Part shown: positions 48,099-58,411 of the stretch, in pieces | Numbering within the stretch: the first letter of the stretch is position 1 | Layout: each line of letters opens with the position of its first letter | Assembly (NCBI GenBank): GCA_020049775.1 | Contig: JAGVLO010000010.1 | Coordinates: 5,910-69,909 of the forward strand | Length of the DNA: 64,000 bases | Direction: 5' to 3' | From: Alphaproteobacteria bacterium | GTDB lineage: Bacteria > Pseudomonadota > Alphaproteobacteria > Rickettsiales > SXRF01 | The notes under the pieces: model-generated | The model's database searches: none | What the model saw: the letters and a program-made list of their open reading frames with translations, nothing else | What the model was told of the DNA's origin: nothing | Made by a program: the position numbers and the translations under genes

Positions 48099-48152
48099 TC
48101 AGCCGCCTGCCTATTGGTTAATTTCTTAACTCTTCTTTGCTAAGATGGGGGT

Positions 48153-49082
48153 ATGGCACATCATGGCAAACACATAATCATCGGCGTCAGCGGGGCAAGC
48201 CGCCACACCAAATCCGTGCGCGCCATGATGCAGAATATCAAAGACTCTGGCTGCCAGCCTGTTTTCCTTTCCAGTCAAGCGCAGCATTTACGCAGCGCCG
48301 TTAAAAAAGATATCGCACGCATTCACGCACTGGTGCTGATGGGCAATAATTTTGACATCGACCCCAAGGAATATATCCACCGCTACGAAAAAAATGACGC
48401 AAAAGCGTGCGTACATCCGATGACCAAAAGCGAATTTTCTACACCAACCAGCAAAGCACGCGCACGTTATGAAACACTGATGCTGGAACACGCGCTGGCC
48501 TGCGGCATGCCCGTACTTGGCATTTGCGGCGGCATGCAGCGCATCAATGTATATTGCGGTGGCACACTGCACCAGCATCTGCCGGACCTTGTCGGTTGCA
48601 ACAAACATATGCAGTGCAAACAGGGCATCGCACCGCATGTCCCTGTCGTTCCCGTCATCATCAAAAACGGAACATTACTTGCAGACATGGCGCGCAACAT
48701 CAAAATGCCGTTCTGCAAAGACAATGAACACGACATGCCCAAGGTCATCATGGAAAATAGCCTGCACCATCAGGCTATCGACCGCGTGGGCCATGGCCTG
48801 CGCATCTGCGCACTAACCGACAGCATCCGTATGCGCGATGGCACTAACGGTTACCTGCCGGAAGCCATCGAAGCAGATCCGGCTGGACCCTACGCTGATC
48901 AATTCCTGCTGGGTGTGCAGTGGCATCCGGAATTCGGCGCCAGTTCGCTGGGGAAAAAAATCATCGACCACATCACTGATGCCGCGCACAAAAACAGCAA
49001 GCCATGCGTTACACTAAGCCGTCGCAAACCATTGGTTACAAGACATACAACCCCATCTTGCCACTTGCCGCGCAACCAATAG
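48153..49082 (+). CDS. Class I glutamine amidotransferase-like hydrolase (peptidase C26 / gamma-glutamyl-GABA hydrolase family)
   Basis: Nucleophile elbow LGICGGMQ and LGVQWHPE histidine block. Confidence 0.75.
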   Translation: MAHHGKHIIIGVSGASRHTKSVRAMMQNIKDSGCQPVFLSSQAQHLRSAVKKDIARIHALVLMGNNFDIDPKEYIHRYEKNDAKACVHPMTKSEFSTPTSKARARYETLMLEHALACGMPVLGICGGMQRINVYCGGTLHQHLPDLVGCNKHMQCKQGIAPHVPVVPVIIKNGTLLADMARNIKMPFCKDNEHDMPKVIMENSLHHQAIDRVGHGLRICALTDSIRMRDGTNGYLPEAIEADPAGPYADQFLLGVQWHPEFGASSLGKKIIDHITDAAHKNSKPCVTLSRRKPLVTRHTTPSCHLPRNQ

Positions 49083-49118
49083 TCTGTCACACTCGCCTCA
49101 CCCATATCAGGCTGATCC

Positions 49119-51317
49119 GTGAGCAAAAAAAAACCAACGCCGCATTCAAACCGCAAAGAAAAAACGGGCAAACATAAAAAAGGCGCCCCGTCCTCCGCTC
49201 GCTCCACCTCTGGCCACCTTCCGGAAGTCGCAGTGCTGGCCATCACCAGCATCAGCGAAGACGGCGAACTGATAGGTGAACCCCTCAACTGGGATCCGCG
49301 CCGTAAGCCACCACACATCGTCGTCACTGAATCCGGCAGGCAGGCCGCCGCCATAGTGGGCGACCGCGTATTGTGCAAAATCCGTAAAGTGCGGCCGCAG
49401 CTTTACCACGCGCTGGCAATTCGCATACTGCCCGGCGAGCAACCGAAGTCCGTGCTTGGCGTGTTTGTTGCCACATCCGACGGCGGCATCATCGAACCTA
49501 TCAGCCGCAGGCAAAAAGAAAGTTTTATGGTCGCAAGCGGCGACACGGGCGGCGCGCTGCACGGCGAACTGGTCACCGGCGTCACCATGCCCGGCATGCC
49601 TTCAATGAGCATGACATACGCCAAAATCAATGAACGCCTCGGCAGGCTGGATACGCCACGTGCCGCAAGCCTCATTGCTGCCGCTATGCACGAGCTGCCC
49701 GCTATTTTTTCTCCGGAAGCGCTTAACGAAGCGCAGGCAGCAGAACTGCCAGCGCTGTCTGCCGAACGTGAGGACCTGCGCGACATACCGCTGGTGACAA
49801 TTGACGGCGAAGACGCGCGCGATTTCGACGATGCCGTATTCGCTGAAGCTGATGACGACGAAAAAAATCCCGGCGGCTGGCACATCGTTGTCGCTATTGC
49901 CGATGTCGCGCATTATGTGAAAGAAGAAAGTGCGCTGGATGCCGACGCGTTCGAGCGCGGCAACTCGGTTTATTTTCCCGACCGCGTCATTCCTATGCTG
50001 CCGGAACGTTTATCAAATGGCTTATGTTCGCTGGTGCCGCGTGAAGACCGCTTCTGCCTTGCCGTTCATTTATGGATGGATTTTGAAGGCAACATGCGCC
50101 GCTATAAATTCGTGCGCGGGCTGATGCGTTCGCAGGCACGCCTCACCTACACCGAGGTGCAGGCGGCTTTTGACGCGCATACGCATTCACGCACGCATTC
50201 ACACCCGCCGGATATGGCCGACAAGCATCCGCTGCTGGAAAGCATTATCGTACCGCTTTTTGCTGCATATGGGGCGCTGTCCACTGAGCGCGACCGTCGC
50301 GGTGCGCTCGACCTGAACCTACCGGAATATAAAATTCTCTTCGACGCCTCGGGCAATGTTGCCAACATCGCCCCGCGCCCAAGGCAGGAAGCCCACCGGC
50401 TGATTGAAGCCTATATGATTGCCGCCAACGTCGCCGCTGCTGATTTTCTGCTCAAGCAGAAAAAACCCGCTATTTACCGCGTGCATGAACCACCGGCAGA
50501 AGAAAAACTCGAAGACCTCTACACCCTGCTGAAAATGTCCGGCTATTCATTACAGGCGGGGAGTGGTCTTCGTGCATCGCATTTCAACCGCGTACTTCGC
50601 GCTTCGGAAGGCCGGCCGGATGCCTACATGATTCACACCTCGGTGCTGCGCAGCCAGATGCAGGCCTATTACAGCCACGAAAACCTCGGGCATTTTGGCT
50701 TGTCACTGGAGAAATACTGCCACTTCACTTCACCCATACGCCGCTATTCCGACCTTGTGGTACACCGCTCCCTTGCCAGCGCCATTAGCAAGGACAACAA
50801 AGAACTGCACGACAAGCTGCATGTAAAAAAAATCAACGCACGACTGGCCGATGTCGCCCTGCATATTTCGGAAACGGAACGCCGCGCCATGATGGCCGAA
50901 CGCGAAGCCAGCGACCGCTACAAGGTGGCCTATATGAGCCGCCACATCAGCGACAGCTTTACCGGTGTCATCAGCTCGCTCAATGAATACGGCCTGTTTG
51001 TTACTCTGAGCGATTCCGGCATTACCGGCTTTGTGCCTACACGCAACCTGCCGGGCGATTTTTATATCTTTGACAAGCGCCATGCCTGTTTCAAAGGACA
51101 GCGCAGTAAGCACACGTTTGCCATCGGTCAAACACTGATTATCACCGTGCAGACTGCCAATGCCATGACCGGAAGCCTGATTTTTGAGCCGCAATACGCG
51201 CCTTCACCCTCTGACAAAAGCCTGCGTCCGAACAAGCAACACTACGACAAAAACCGCCCACACCACCGCAACAAGCATAAAGAAAATAAGAACTCGCGTA
51301 AAAAACGCCGCCATTAG
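49119..51317 (+). CDS. rnr: Ribonuclease R
   Basis: RNB domain VTIDGEDARDFDDAV, HFTSPIRRYSDLVVHR, a C-terminal S1 domain and a basic tail. GTG start. Confidence 0.92.
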   Translation: MSKKKPTPHSNRKEKTGKHKKGAPSSARSTSGHLPEVAVLAITSISEDGELIGEPLNWDPRRKPPHIVVTESGRQAAAIVGDRVLCKIRKVRPQLYHALAIRILPGEQPKSVLGVFVATSDGGIIEPISRRQKESFMVASGDTGGALHGELVTGVTMPGMPSMSMTYAKINERLGRLDTPRAASLIAAAMHELPAIFSPEALNEAQAAELPALSAEREDLRDIPLVTIDGEDARDFDDAVFAEADDDEKNPGGWHIVVAIADVAHYVKEESALDADAFERGNSVYFPDRVIPMLPERLSNGLCSLVPREDRFCLAVHLWMDFEGNMRRYKFVRGLMRSQARLTYTEVQAAFDAHTHSRTHSHPPDMADKHPLLESIIVPLFAAYGALSTERDRRGALDLNLPEYKILFDASGNVANIAPRPRQEAHRLIEAYMIAANVAAADFLLKQKKPAIYRVHEPPAEEKLEDLYTLLKMSGYSLQAGSGLRASHFNRVLRASEGRPDAYMIHTSVLRSQMQAYYSHENLGHFGLSLEKYCHFTSPIRRYSDLVVHRSLASAISKDNKELHDKLHVKKINARLADVALHISETERRAMMAEREASDRYKVAYMSRHISDSFTGVISSLNEYGLFVTLSDSGITGFVPTRNLPGDFYIFDKRHACFKGQRSKHTFAIGQTLIITVQTANAMTGSLIFEPQYAPSPSDKSLRPNKQHYDKNRPHHRNKHKENKNSRKKRRH

Positions 51318-51399
51318 GCACCGGCCTCTAGAAGCTATTGCATTCCATATAGAATTGGTTCATATTCCCCACACCTGAAATTATTGGATACACCTGAAT

Positions 51400-51696
51400 A
51401 TGGCCAAAGCCAGAATCTACCAGCCCGATAAATCCGCCATGCAGTCCGGCAAGGGCAAATCCAAGGACTGGGTGCTGGAATTCGCCCCAGAAAAGCCATA
51501 TTTTGTTGATAGTCTAATGGGTTGGACAGGAATGACCGATATGCCGCAGGAAATCCGCCTGCGTTTCCCTACCAAGGAAACAGCCATTGCCTATGCCCAG
51601 CGCCAGAAATTGCCGTTTGAAGTATTCCAGCCCCATAGCCGCAGCCATGTCCGCAAGGCTTACGCCGATAACTTCAAATACGGCAAAATATCGTAA
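51400..51696 (+). CDS. ETC complex I NDUFS4-like small protein
   Basis: ARIYQPDKSAMQSGKGKSKDWVLEF...MGWTGMTD...KAYADNF matches the NDUFS4 (18-kDa subunit) family pattern. Confidence 0.85.
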   Translation: MAKARIYQPDKSAMQSGKGKSKDWVLEFAPEKPYFVDSLMGWTGMTDMPQEIRLRFPTKETAIAYAQRQKLPFEVFQPHSRSHVRKAYADNFKYGKIS

Positions 51697-51859
51697 ATTA
51701 TCCGCTGCCTAGCCCTGCGGGCGCGTGGCATGGCCGTTTCGCTTTATAACAAACTGAAATAGCTTTATAATTTTTGCCACTTCTGTCATAATTTAGTAAT
51801 ATACCTGTGCTAGATTGGTAGCGTGTAATCACGAGCTATTGGTTTATGGAGTTAAGCCT

Positions 51860-52132
51860 ATGAAACGATTTACTGTTCCCTGCGACTTTAACGGCCAGAA
51901 ATTCCCGTTCCACATTTATGTGGGCGAGCCTGACCCGAAACGCCACCCGCTGCAACACCAGTCATGGTGGTTATCCAGCGTCCGCGGCGGCAATATCCCG
52001 CAGGAAGTAATGGATAGTTTCGAGCGCCTGCACAAAATAGCGATTGAAAATAACGTGTCTTTTGAAGATTTGTGCGTTTATGCACTCGGCACGGCGGCAG
52101 CTGAAGGTGGCGTACAGATTCAGCAGTCATAA
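51860..52132 (+). CDS. Small conserved-looking hypothetical protein (90 aa), from memory resembles DUF2610, unverified
   Basis: MKRFTVPCDFNGQKFPFHIYVGEPDPKRHPLQHQSWWLSSVRGGNIPQEVMDSFERLHKIA... GGAG lies 9 nt upstream of the ATG at 51860. Confidence 0.6.
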   Translation: MKRFTVPCDFNGQKFPFHIYVGEPDPKRHPLQHQSWWLSSVRGGNIPQEVMDSFERLHKIAIENNVSFEDLCVYALGTAAAEGGVQIQQS

Positions 52133-52167
52133 CCATTAACGCGCCCTGAAAGGCGTAAGGCTATTGC

Positions 52168-54933
52168 ATGGCAAGACCTCCCAGAAATTTTGGTGACAAT
52201 AACCGTGATGGCATCGATGATGACTATGACCAAAAGCCAGGTAATAGCCAGGAAAGCGCGGAATACTCAAAAAGATATGACTACGGTAGCAGCAAGGAAT
52301 ATACGGTTTACAACCTTGATCGCTCCGAACAGATTCAAATTGCAAATATCAATGCACAGAATGAAGCCGCGGCTCAGGCAGCGCATAATGCCTCCGTCAG
52401 CGCTCAGCGTCAGGTTCACTTCTGGCCAAGCGTCGGCAAGTTCATTATCCCCGAAGAAAACACATGGGCGGCACATGCCGAGCTGGTAAAAGATGACCGC
52501 ACCGGCCTGCATTTCAACCCGGGGAAATACCTGTTCTTTGATAAAATCATCGCTGAAAAATCAGGCATCCGTGGCCTTTACGATAAAAACCACCCCGACT
52601 ACGCGCAGTACGAAGGCCTTCGCACCAACTTAGAGGTCATGCGCAACGACATCATTGGCATTTACCTGCGTGACGGATCGTTCGATCCGGGCGATGAAAG
52701 GCATGTGCCAAAAATAAAAGAAATCGCTTCCACGCTGGGTGAAGCACTGGCAAATGATACATCCTTTAATCGTATGTTTTCACAATCCCTAAGCAGGGAT
52801 ATTTCCAATATCGAAGGCGTCGGCGCCGCCGAGATGTATAAATACCTTCTTTCTAAACAACGCAACCGCGCACCTATGCAGCCGCTACGCGACAAGCTGA
52901 ATGAAGTGCTGGGCCTGAAGCCGGATGCAATATGGGAATTACCGCCGCTGGATGACACGCCCTATAGCCCCGAGAATCTCTCTGCGCCACCGCCGCGCCA
53001 GAAAAATATGATGGCAGAAGCTGCGGCTGCCACGGCCGTAACACCCCAACTGCAGCCGGAAATCACAGACCCCGTGCAGGAAGTAGTCAATGCCTCTGAT
53101 CAGGCCATGCAGCCCGTACCCAAAATGCCGGTGGAAGAACTGGAGCAGGTCACCAAGGAAGCCTCTGTCGAAGAAGCGCGCAAAATATTGCGTGCGCTGC
53201 GCAACATGGAATTTGGTGACCGCGACATAAGCGAATGGATTGATCAAGGCACGCCAAAAGTGCAGGCCAACAAGGTACAGACAATTAACAAGCTGGTGCA
53301 AATTTACGACTTGCAGATGCAACTTGCAGAAGCACGTAACCCTGAAGTGGCTAACGACATGTTCGTGCAAGATGGTAAATACGCTGCCGATGCCATACGC
53401 CTGTCGGTTGCTGAATATGCCCTGCGCAACCTGCCGAAAGACCACCCGCAGGCAGCCAAGCTGGAAGCCTACATCTTCTCGATGCCTGAACAGGCAAAGA
53501 TGCGTCAGGATCAGCCGCTCGACCGCCTGCTGGATAACATGTCAACCGGTATGGAACGCGCCACCGGCAATCAGGTATATGACCGCAGCCCAAGCGACCG
53601 CCTGATTGCGATGAGTAACCGCATCCAGAAATCGGCACGCAAAATGCGCTCGGTGGAAACACTCGACCCGCCGGCGCGTATCGAGTCCATCGCACTGGCG
53701 CATGATATATTGCGCCGCCTGAAAGACATGGAAGAAAGCCGCAAGCCCATCCGTCAGGTAATCGAAAACAGCACCGCCAACGAAAAAGCAGCGATTGCGC
53801 AGAAGATCGACGAAATGGTCGATATGTACAAGAACCTTGTGTCCGAAGCAGCAACCATCAACCCAGAGCTGATGAAGGACGAGCGCATACAGGAAGGTGT
53901 CGAAGCTATTCAGGACTTCTCGCATGCCGTAAAACTGATGGCCGCCAAGGAAATGCCAAACAGCGTTGCTTCCGCGCAGCAAATTGGCGCCGATGCTACG
54001 CAGGACCCGCAGGAATGGGACAAGCTGCATGACCGCACCATCGAGCGCATTGCCCAAAGCATGGAGGGCGGCTTAGAGCAGGCAGCAGGCGCGATTGAGG
54101 CGCAGGAACAGCAGGATCAGGACAAAGCAGAAGAGCAGGCACAGGAAATGTCGGCTGAGCTTTTATCCAGCAATCAGGCCAAAAGGAAGAAACGTGCCAA
54201 GCGCTGGTCACGTTCCGGTGCGGGTGGCAAACGCGCCGACAAGGTCAGCAGTGATCTGTCTGCGGATGACCGCAGCACGGGTCAGGGGAAATATTCGGAA
54301 GAACGCCTTGGCAGCGAACAATCTTCAAGCCGTAGCAATACGATGTCCACTGCCTCTGCAGGCAAATCCAATGATCGCGGTAACGCTACCGACAAGCTAG
54401 CACTCAATGCAAAACTTGCAGATGACGTGCGCAGCAACGACCGCGAACCGCGTACCGAAGCGCAGGCAAACCGACGCGGGGAAAATAATTCTGCCAATGT
54501 GAGCGGCTCAAATACAAACAGGGAATCAAGGAGCAACAGACAATCCGGCGCGCGCTCCGGCAGGAACAACCGCGTCAATGGCACAGTGGAACAACTTAAC
54601 GGCCAGAGCAACAGGACAGACCCCAACCAGCGCCAGGATCGCAACGATCCGCAGCGCCAAGGCACGGGCAGCAACAGTATGGGTAATAACGCTACGGGCA
54701 ATCCGGCCGGTGGTTCTGGTGGCGGCAGCCGCAGCGCTCCCACTATTCCTAACATGCCTGCAGGACTCAATGCACAGGCGCTTGCTGCTATCAAGCAGGA
54801 AGGTAATATGTTGATGGACATCAACCGTCAGGCACGAAACATTCCGACGCCTGATCCAAACGCGCCGACTGTAAACGAAACCAACACCGACCGCACGAAC
54901 AACCGCCCGCGCGGTAATGACCGCGGCGTTTAA
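52168..54933 (+). CDS. Large hypothetical protein (921 aa) with about 250-aa Asn/Arg/Ser/Gly/Gln-rich disordered C-terminus
   Basis: 2.77-kb uninterrupted ORF, 35 nt downstream of the small ORF. No signal peptide or TM segment. Basic cluster AKRKKRAKRW. No family recognised. Confidence 0.7.
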   Translation: MARPPRNFGDNNRDGIDDDYDQKPGNSQESAEYSKRYDYGSSKEYTVYNLDRSEQIQIANINAQNEAAAQAAHNASVSAQRQVHFWPSVGKFIIPEENTWAAHAELVKDDRTGLHFNPGKYLFFDKIIAEKSGIRGLYDKNHPDYAQYEGLRTNLEVMRNDIIGIYLRDGSFDPGDERHVPKIKEIASTLGEALANDTSFNRMFSQSLSRDISNIEGVGAAEMYKYLLSKQRNRAPMQPLRDKLNEVLGLKPDAIWELPPLDDTPYSPENLSAPPPRQKNMMAEAAAATAVTPQLQPEITDPVQEVVNASDQAMQPVPKMPVEELEQVTKEASVEEARKILRALRNMEFGDRDISEWIDQGTPKVQANKVQTINKLVQIYDLQMQLAEARNPEVANDMFVQDGKYAADAIRLSVAEYALRNLPKDHPQAAKLEAYIFSMPEQAKMRQDQPLDRLLDNMSTGMERATGNQVYDRSPSDRLIAMSNRIQKSARKMRSVETLDPPARIESIALAHDILRRLKDMEESRKPIRQVIENSTANEKAAIAQKIDEMVDMYKNLVSEAATINPELMKDERIQEGVEAIQDFSHAVKLMAAKEMPNSVASAQQIGADATQDPQEWDKLHDRTIERIAQSMEGGLEQAAGAIEAQEQQDQDKAEEQAQEMSAELLSSNQAKRKKRAKRWSRSGAGGKRADKVSSDLSADDRSTGQGKYSEERLGSEQSSSRSNTMSTASAGKSNDRGNATDKLALNAKLADDVRSNDREPRTEAQANRRGENNSANVSGSNTNRESRSNRQSGARSGRNNRVNGTVEQLNGQSNRTDPNQRQDRNDPQRQGTGSNSMGNNATGNPAGGSGGGSRSAPTIPNMPAGLNAQALAAIKQEGNMLMDINRQARNIPTPDPNAPTVNETNTDRTNNRPRGNDRGV

Positions 54934-54959
54934 TTTTCCTCTAATAGCTTATCCTTAAA

Positions 54960-56258
54960 TCAGGCGTCGACCTTGTGGTACAGTTCCGTGTCGAACGTGC
55001 CTTCCGACTTGTCCACCAGAACGGTAATGAGCGAATCGCCGGTAATGTTGACGGTGGTGCGCATCATGTCGAGGATTCTGTCAACGCCAGCAATGAGTGC
55101 AATACCTTCTAGCGGCAGACCGACGGAAGTAAACACCATGCCCATCATGAACAATGAGCCACTGGGGATGCCAGCAGCGCCAATCGAGCCAAGCGTTGCG
55201 GTCAGGATAAGGATGAAATAATGATGGCTGTCGAGCGGGATATTATACGCCTGCGAGAAGAACAGCGCGCAGATACCCAGATAAATTGCCGTGCCGTCCA
55301 TGTTGATGGATGCGCCCAGCGGCAGCACGAAAGCGGTGCTGCTCTTGGATACGCCGATACGCTCATTCACCACGCGCATGGCCGTTGAAAGCGTTGCCTT
55401 GCTGCTGCTGGTGGAAAACGCCATCAGCTGTGGCTCAAACATCTTTTTGTAGAACGGCATGGGTGACATGCGGCCAAACACTATAATCATAAGCCCGAAC
55501 AGCAAATACTGCGTCAGCAACGCGCCAATCACCGTAAATACCAGCACCACCAACGCTTTCAGGATAGGCATGCCCTGCGTGCCAACCATCCATGACGTCA
55601 GCGCAAATACACCATAAGGAGAAAAACGGATAACGGTTTCGATAAGGCTGAAAACCAGCGTTGCGGCAGACTTAATCAGGTCAATCAGGTTTTGCACCTT
55701 GTGGCCAAGATGGTTTAGCGTAATACCCACAAAAATGGCGAACACCACCACCTGCAAAATATGATCATCCGCCATCGCCTTGATAACGTTTGGTGGAATA
55801 ATCCCCACCAGAATCTCGATAACACTAACTTCCTTGGCCGCAGTTACAGGCGCTACTGCCGTACCTGAAAGCGAGGAAAGCGCACTTAAATCAACACCAA
55901 GACCCGGCTGGAAGATCGTCCCAAAACCAAGGCCGATACACACAGCAAAAGCGCCCGTCAGCAGGAAAGCGCATACCGATTTCATGCCGATGCGCTTGAA
56001 CGAATTAGCATCCGTCATGCTGACAATGCCGTTGACCAGCGAGAAGAAAATGAGCGGCACGATAACCATTTTAATCAGGTTGATGAACACGGTGCCGATG
56101 GGTTTGATGTACGTTGTAAGAAATGTTTTTCCGTCCATTCCCAGCGGGCCGTCGGCCGTCATTGGCGCAATGGCAAAACCAAAAACAATCCCCAGCACAA
56201 GGCCGAGCAATACGCGGAACCATAATTTCTGTAACAGTGACTTCATTGTTGTTGCCAT
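54960..56258 (-). CDS. Dicarboxylate/amino acid:cation symporter (DAACS/GltP family)
   Basis: Multi-TM protein with TSSSKATLSTAM (HP1 serine motif) and INMDGTAIY (NMDGT motif). Confidence 0.88.
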   Translation of the reverse strand: MATTMKSLLQKLWFRVLLGLVLGIVFGFAIAPMTADGPLGMDGKTFLTTYIKPIGTVFINLIKMVIVPLIFFSLVNGIVSMTDANSFKRIGMKSVCAFLLTGAFAVCIGLGFGTIFQPGLGVDLSALSSLSGTAVAPVTAAKEVSVIEILVGIIPPNVIKAMADDHILQVVVFAIFVGITLNHLGHKVQNLIDLIKSAATLVFSLIETVIRFSPYGVFALTSWMVGTQGMPILKALVVLVFTVIGALLTQYLLFGLMIIVFGRMSPMPFYKKMFEPQLMAFSTSSSKATLSTAMRVVNERIGVSKSSTAFVLPLGASINMDGTAIYLGICALFFSQAYNIPLDSHHYFILILTATLGSIGAAGIPSGSLFMMGMVFTSVGLPLEGIALIAGVDRILDMMRTTVNITGDSLITVLVDKSEGTFDTELYHKVDA

Positions 56259-56318
56259 TGGACTCTCTGAAAGAAAAGTGAACGGATAATTCTGAAGGGA
56301 TGCGGAAAAAGCGGGTGA

Positions 56319-57335
56319 TTACTTCAGCAGGCCTTTTTCCTTGTAATATTTGATTGCGCCCGCATGAAACGGTGCAACGCCGTTATGCTGCACCATGTTT
56401 TTTGCTTCGAGCGTAGCAAATACGGGGTGCAGGGTTTTGAAGTTATCAAGATTGTCAAAGACGGCTTTTACAATCTGGTAGGCTTCGTCTTCAGCAAGCT
56501 CAGTGGACGCCACAAGTACGGCCTTCACGCCGAATGTCTTGATGTCCTTAGTGTTACCTACATACATGCCGCCCGGAATGAGCGCCTGCGAGTAATAAGG
56601 ATGTTCGGATATTAAGCTATCAATGACAAGGCCGGTAACATCAATCAGCTTGGTGGCGCACGATGAAGTGATTTGTTGAACTGCACCGTTAGGATGGCCG
56701 CCTGCATAAACCATGGCGTCAATCTTGCCGCTGCACAGAGAGCCAGCCTGCTCGGCAGACTTGAGGTCCACGCTGGTGAAACTTTTATTGGTCCAGCCCT
56801 TGCGCGCCATCAGATCTTCCATGGTTGCACGCATACCCGAACCAGGCGCACCGATATAAACGCGTCTGCCTTTGAGATCGTCAAAACTATTGATTTTAGA
56901 ATCCTTGCGGGCAATGACTGTGAATGGCTCGGCATGCAGCGAGAAAAGCACGCGCAGCTCTTTGTCGGCGCCCACATCGGTAAACAGGTCCGTGCCACTA
57001 TATGCCTGATGCAGCAGGTCAGACTGGATGACGCCCATCTCGAGATCGTGCTTGCGCAGCATTTCCAGATTGTTGATGGAGCCACCGGTCGATTCCACCA
57101 TGCAGCGTATTCCGTGTTCCTTGCGACCACGGTTCACCAGACGGCAAATAGCGCCGCCTGCGGGGTAATACACGCCGGTAACTCCGGCAGTGCCGATGGT
57201 GACAATTTCTTCAGCCGCCGCCGCCGCGCGTATTTCCAGAACCGTACCGTCCCATGACATCGCAGCCAGCGCTACAAGCGCCGTGACGTTCCTGACCAGT
57301 CTGTTAGTGAAAATACCCATGTGCAACGTCCCCAT
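56319..57335 (-). CDS. TAXI-family TRAP-type solute-binding protein
   Basis: Signal peptide, IVTIGTAGVTGVYYPAGGAICRL, and C-terminal PFHAGAIKYYKEKGLL, both TAXI hallmarks. Confidence 0.85.
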   Translation of the reverse strand: MGTLHMGIFTNRLVRNVTALVALAAMSWDGTVLEIRAAAAAEEIVTIGTAGVTGVYYPAGGAICRLVNRGRKEHGIRCMVESTGGSINNLEMLRKHDLEMGVIQSDLLHQAYSGTDLFTDVGADKELRVLFSLHAEPFTVIARKDSKINSFDDLKGRRVYIGAPGSGMRATMEDLMARKGWTNKSFTSVDLKSAEQAGSLCSGKIDAMVYAGGHPNGAVQQITSSCATKLIDVTGLVIDSLISEHPYYSQALIPGGMYVGNTKDIKTFGVKAVLVASTELAEDEAYQIVKAVFDNLDNFKTLHPVFATLEAKNMVQHNGVAPFHAGAIKYYKEKGLLK

Positions 57336-57455
57336 ATTGTTTAGATAGTCTGTTGTTTAGTACATTTTTGAGCGGGTAATGTAGCAAATGCCATTGGCGA
57401 GTACAACAATGGATTGCACCCTTGAAGGATAGTTGACTGCTATAATAAGGATTTG

Positions 57456-58211
57456 TTATTTATTGGATTTTTCTTTGTAGCGGCGCTTATCCACATACAT
57501 AGACATATCAGCCGCAGCCAGCGCTAGTTCGGCATCGTCCCCCCTGCGTATAGAGTAGTAACCGTAAGCAGCAGTCACATGCAGGGGTTTACCATTAAAA
57601 ATAAAGGGGGTGTTCACAAGCTTTTCAGCAATTTCACCACCGCGCATCTTGGCGGCGTCTTCGTTGGCATAATACATGATCACGGCAAATTCATCACCGC
57701 CGATACGCGCCATGAAATCAGATTCGCGCATGGTAGTAGAAAGTATCTGCGAAATATGTCGGATAGCGATGTCGCCTGCGGCATGGCCATGCTGATCATT
57801 GATGGACTTGAAATCGTTGATATCAAAATACAAAATCGTGGATGGATGCCCATAGCGCTCGTGCATGGTAATCGCCCAGCCAAGCCGGCGCATGAAAGCG
57901 CGGCGGTTTGGTACAGGCGCGATGCAGTCCACATCGACCAGCTGTTCAATCTCGGCAAGGCTTTCCTTGGTGCGCGACAATTCGCGGCTGACATCGTCGA
58001 GTTTTTCCATGAGGGCAGAAACGGCAAGGCTTACTGACGGGGTCATCTCTTCTTCGGGTATGCCCAGCATACTCATGCGCTCGGAGGCAGCACGGCGGCT
58101 AACATTCGAGTTAGCAGCATTACCTGACTTTACAATCATCTCAACAGCGTCTGTCTTCATATTACTTTCCAGCGCGGCAGGGTTTACCCCCATAAACGGC
58201 TGAATCCCCAT
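57456..58211 (-). CDS. Diguanylate cyclase (GGDEF domain) with N-terminal coiled-coil, no recognisable sensor domain
   Basis: PNRRAF...DINDFKSINDQHGHAAGD...RIGGDEFAVI. Confidence 0.88.
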   Translation of the reverse strand: MGIQPFMGVNPAALESNMKTDAVEMIVKSGNAANSNVSRRAASERMSMLGIPEEEMTPSVSLAVSALMEKLDDVSRELSRTKESLAEIEQLVDVDCIAPVPNRRAFMRRLGWAITMHERYGHPSTILYFDINDFKSINDQHGHAAGDIAIRHISQILSTTMRESDFMARIGGDEFAVIMYYANEDAAKMRGGEIAEKLVNTPFIFNGKPLHVTAAYGYYSIRRGDDAELALAAADMSMYVDKRRYKEKSNK

Positions 58212-58411
58212 GTTTTAGCTGCACATGTATAGCATTAAATCCGCTAACTTAAAAGCAATATCCGCAGTGCAGCAAATCAGAATACCCCCTAAAACAGCCA
58301 AAATTATCAGACTGATAGGCCTGCACCCATATAAAATCCGCTTCGTATAAGCTAAATTTCTTTGACTTTCTAGGCGGTTGATGTAGGTTTCGCGTTTTAT
58401 TTGCGATAGGC

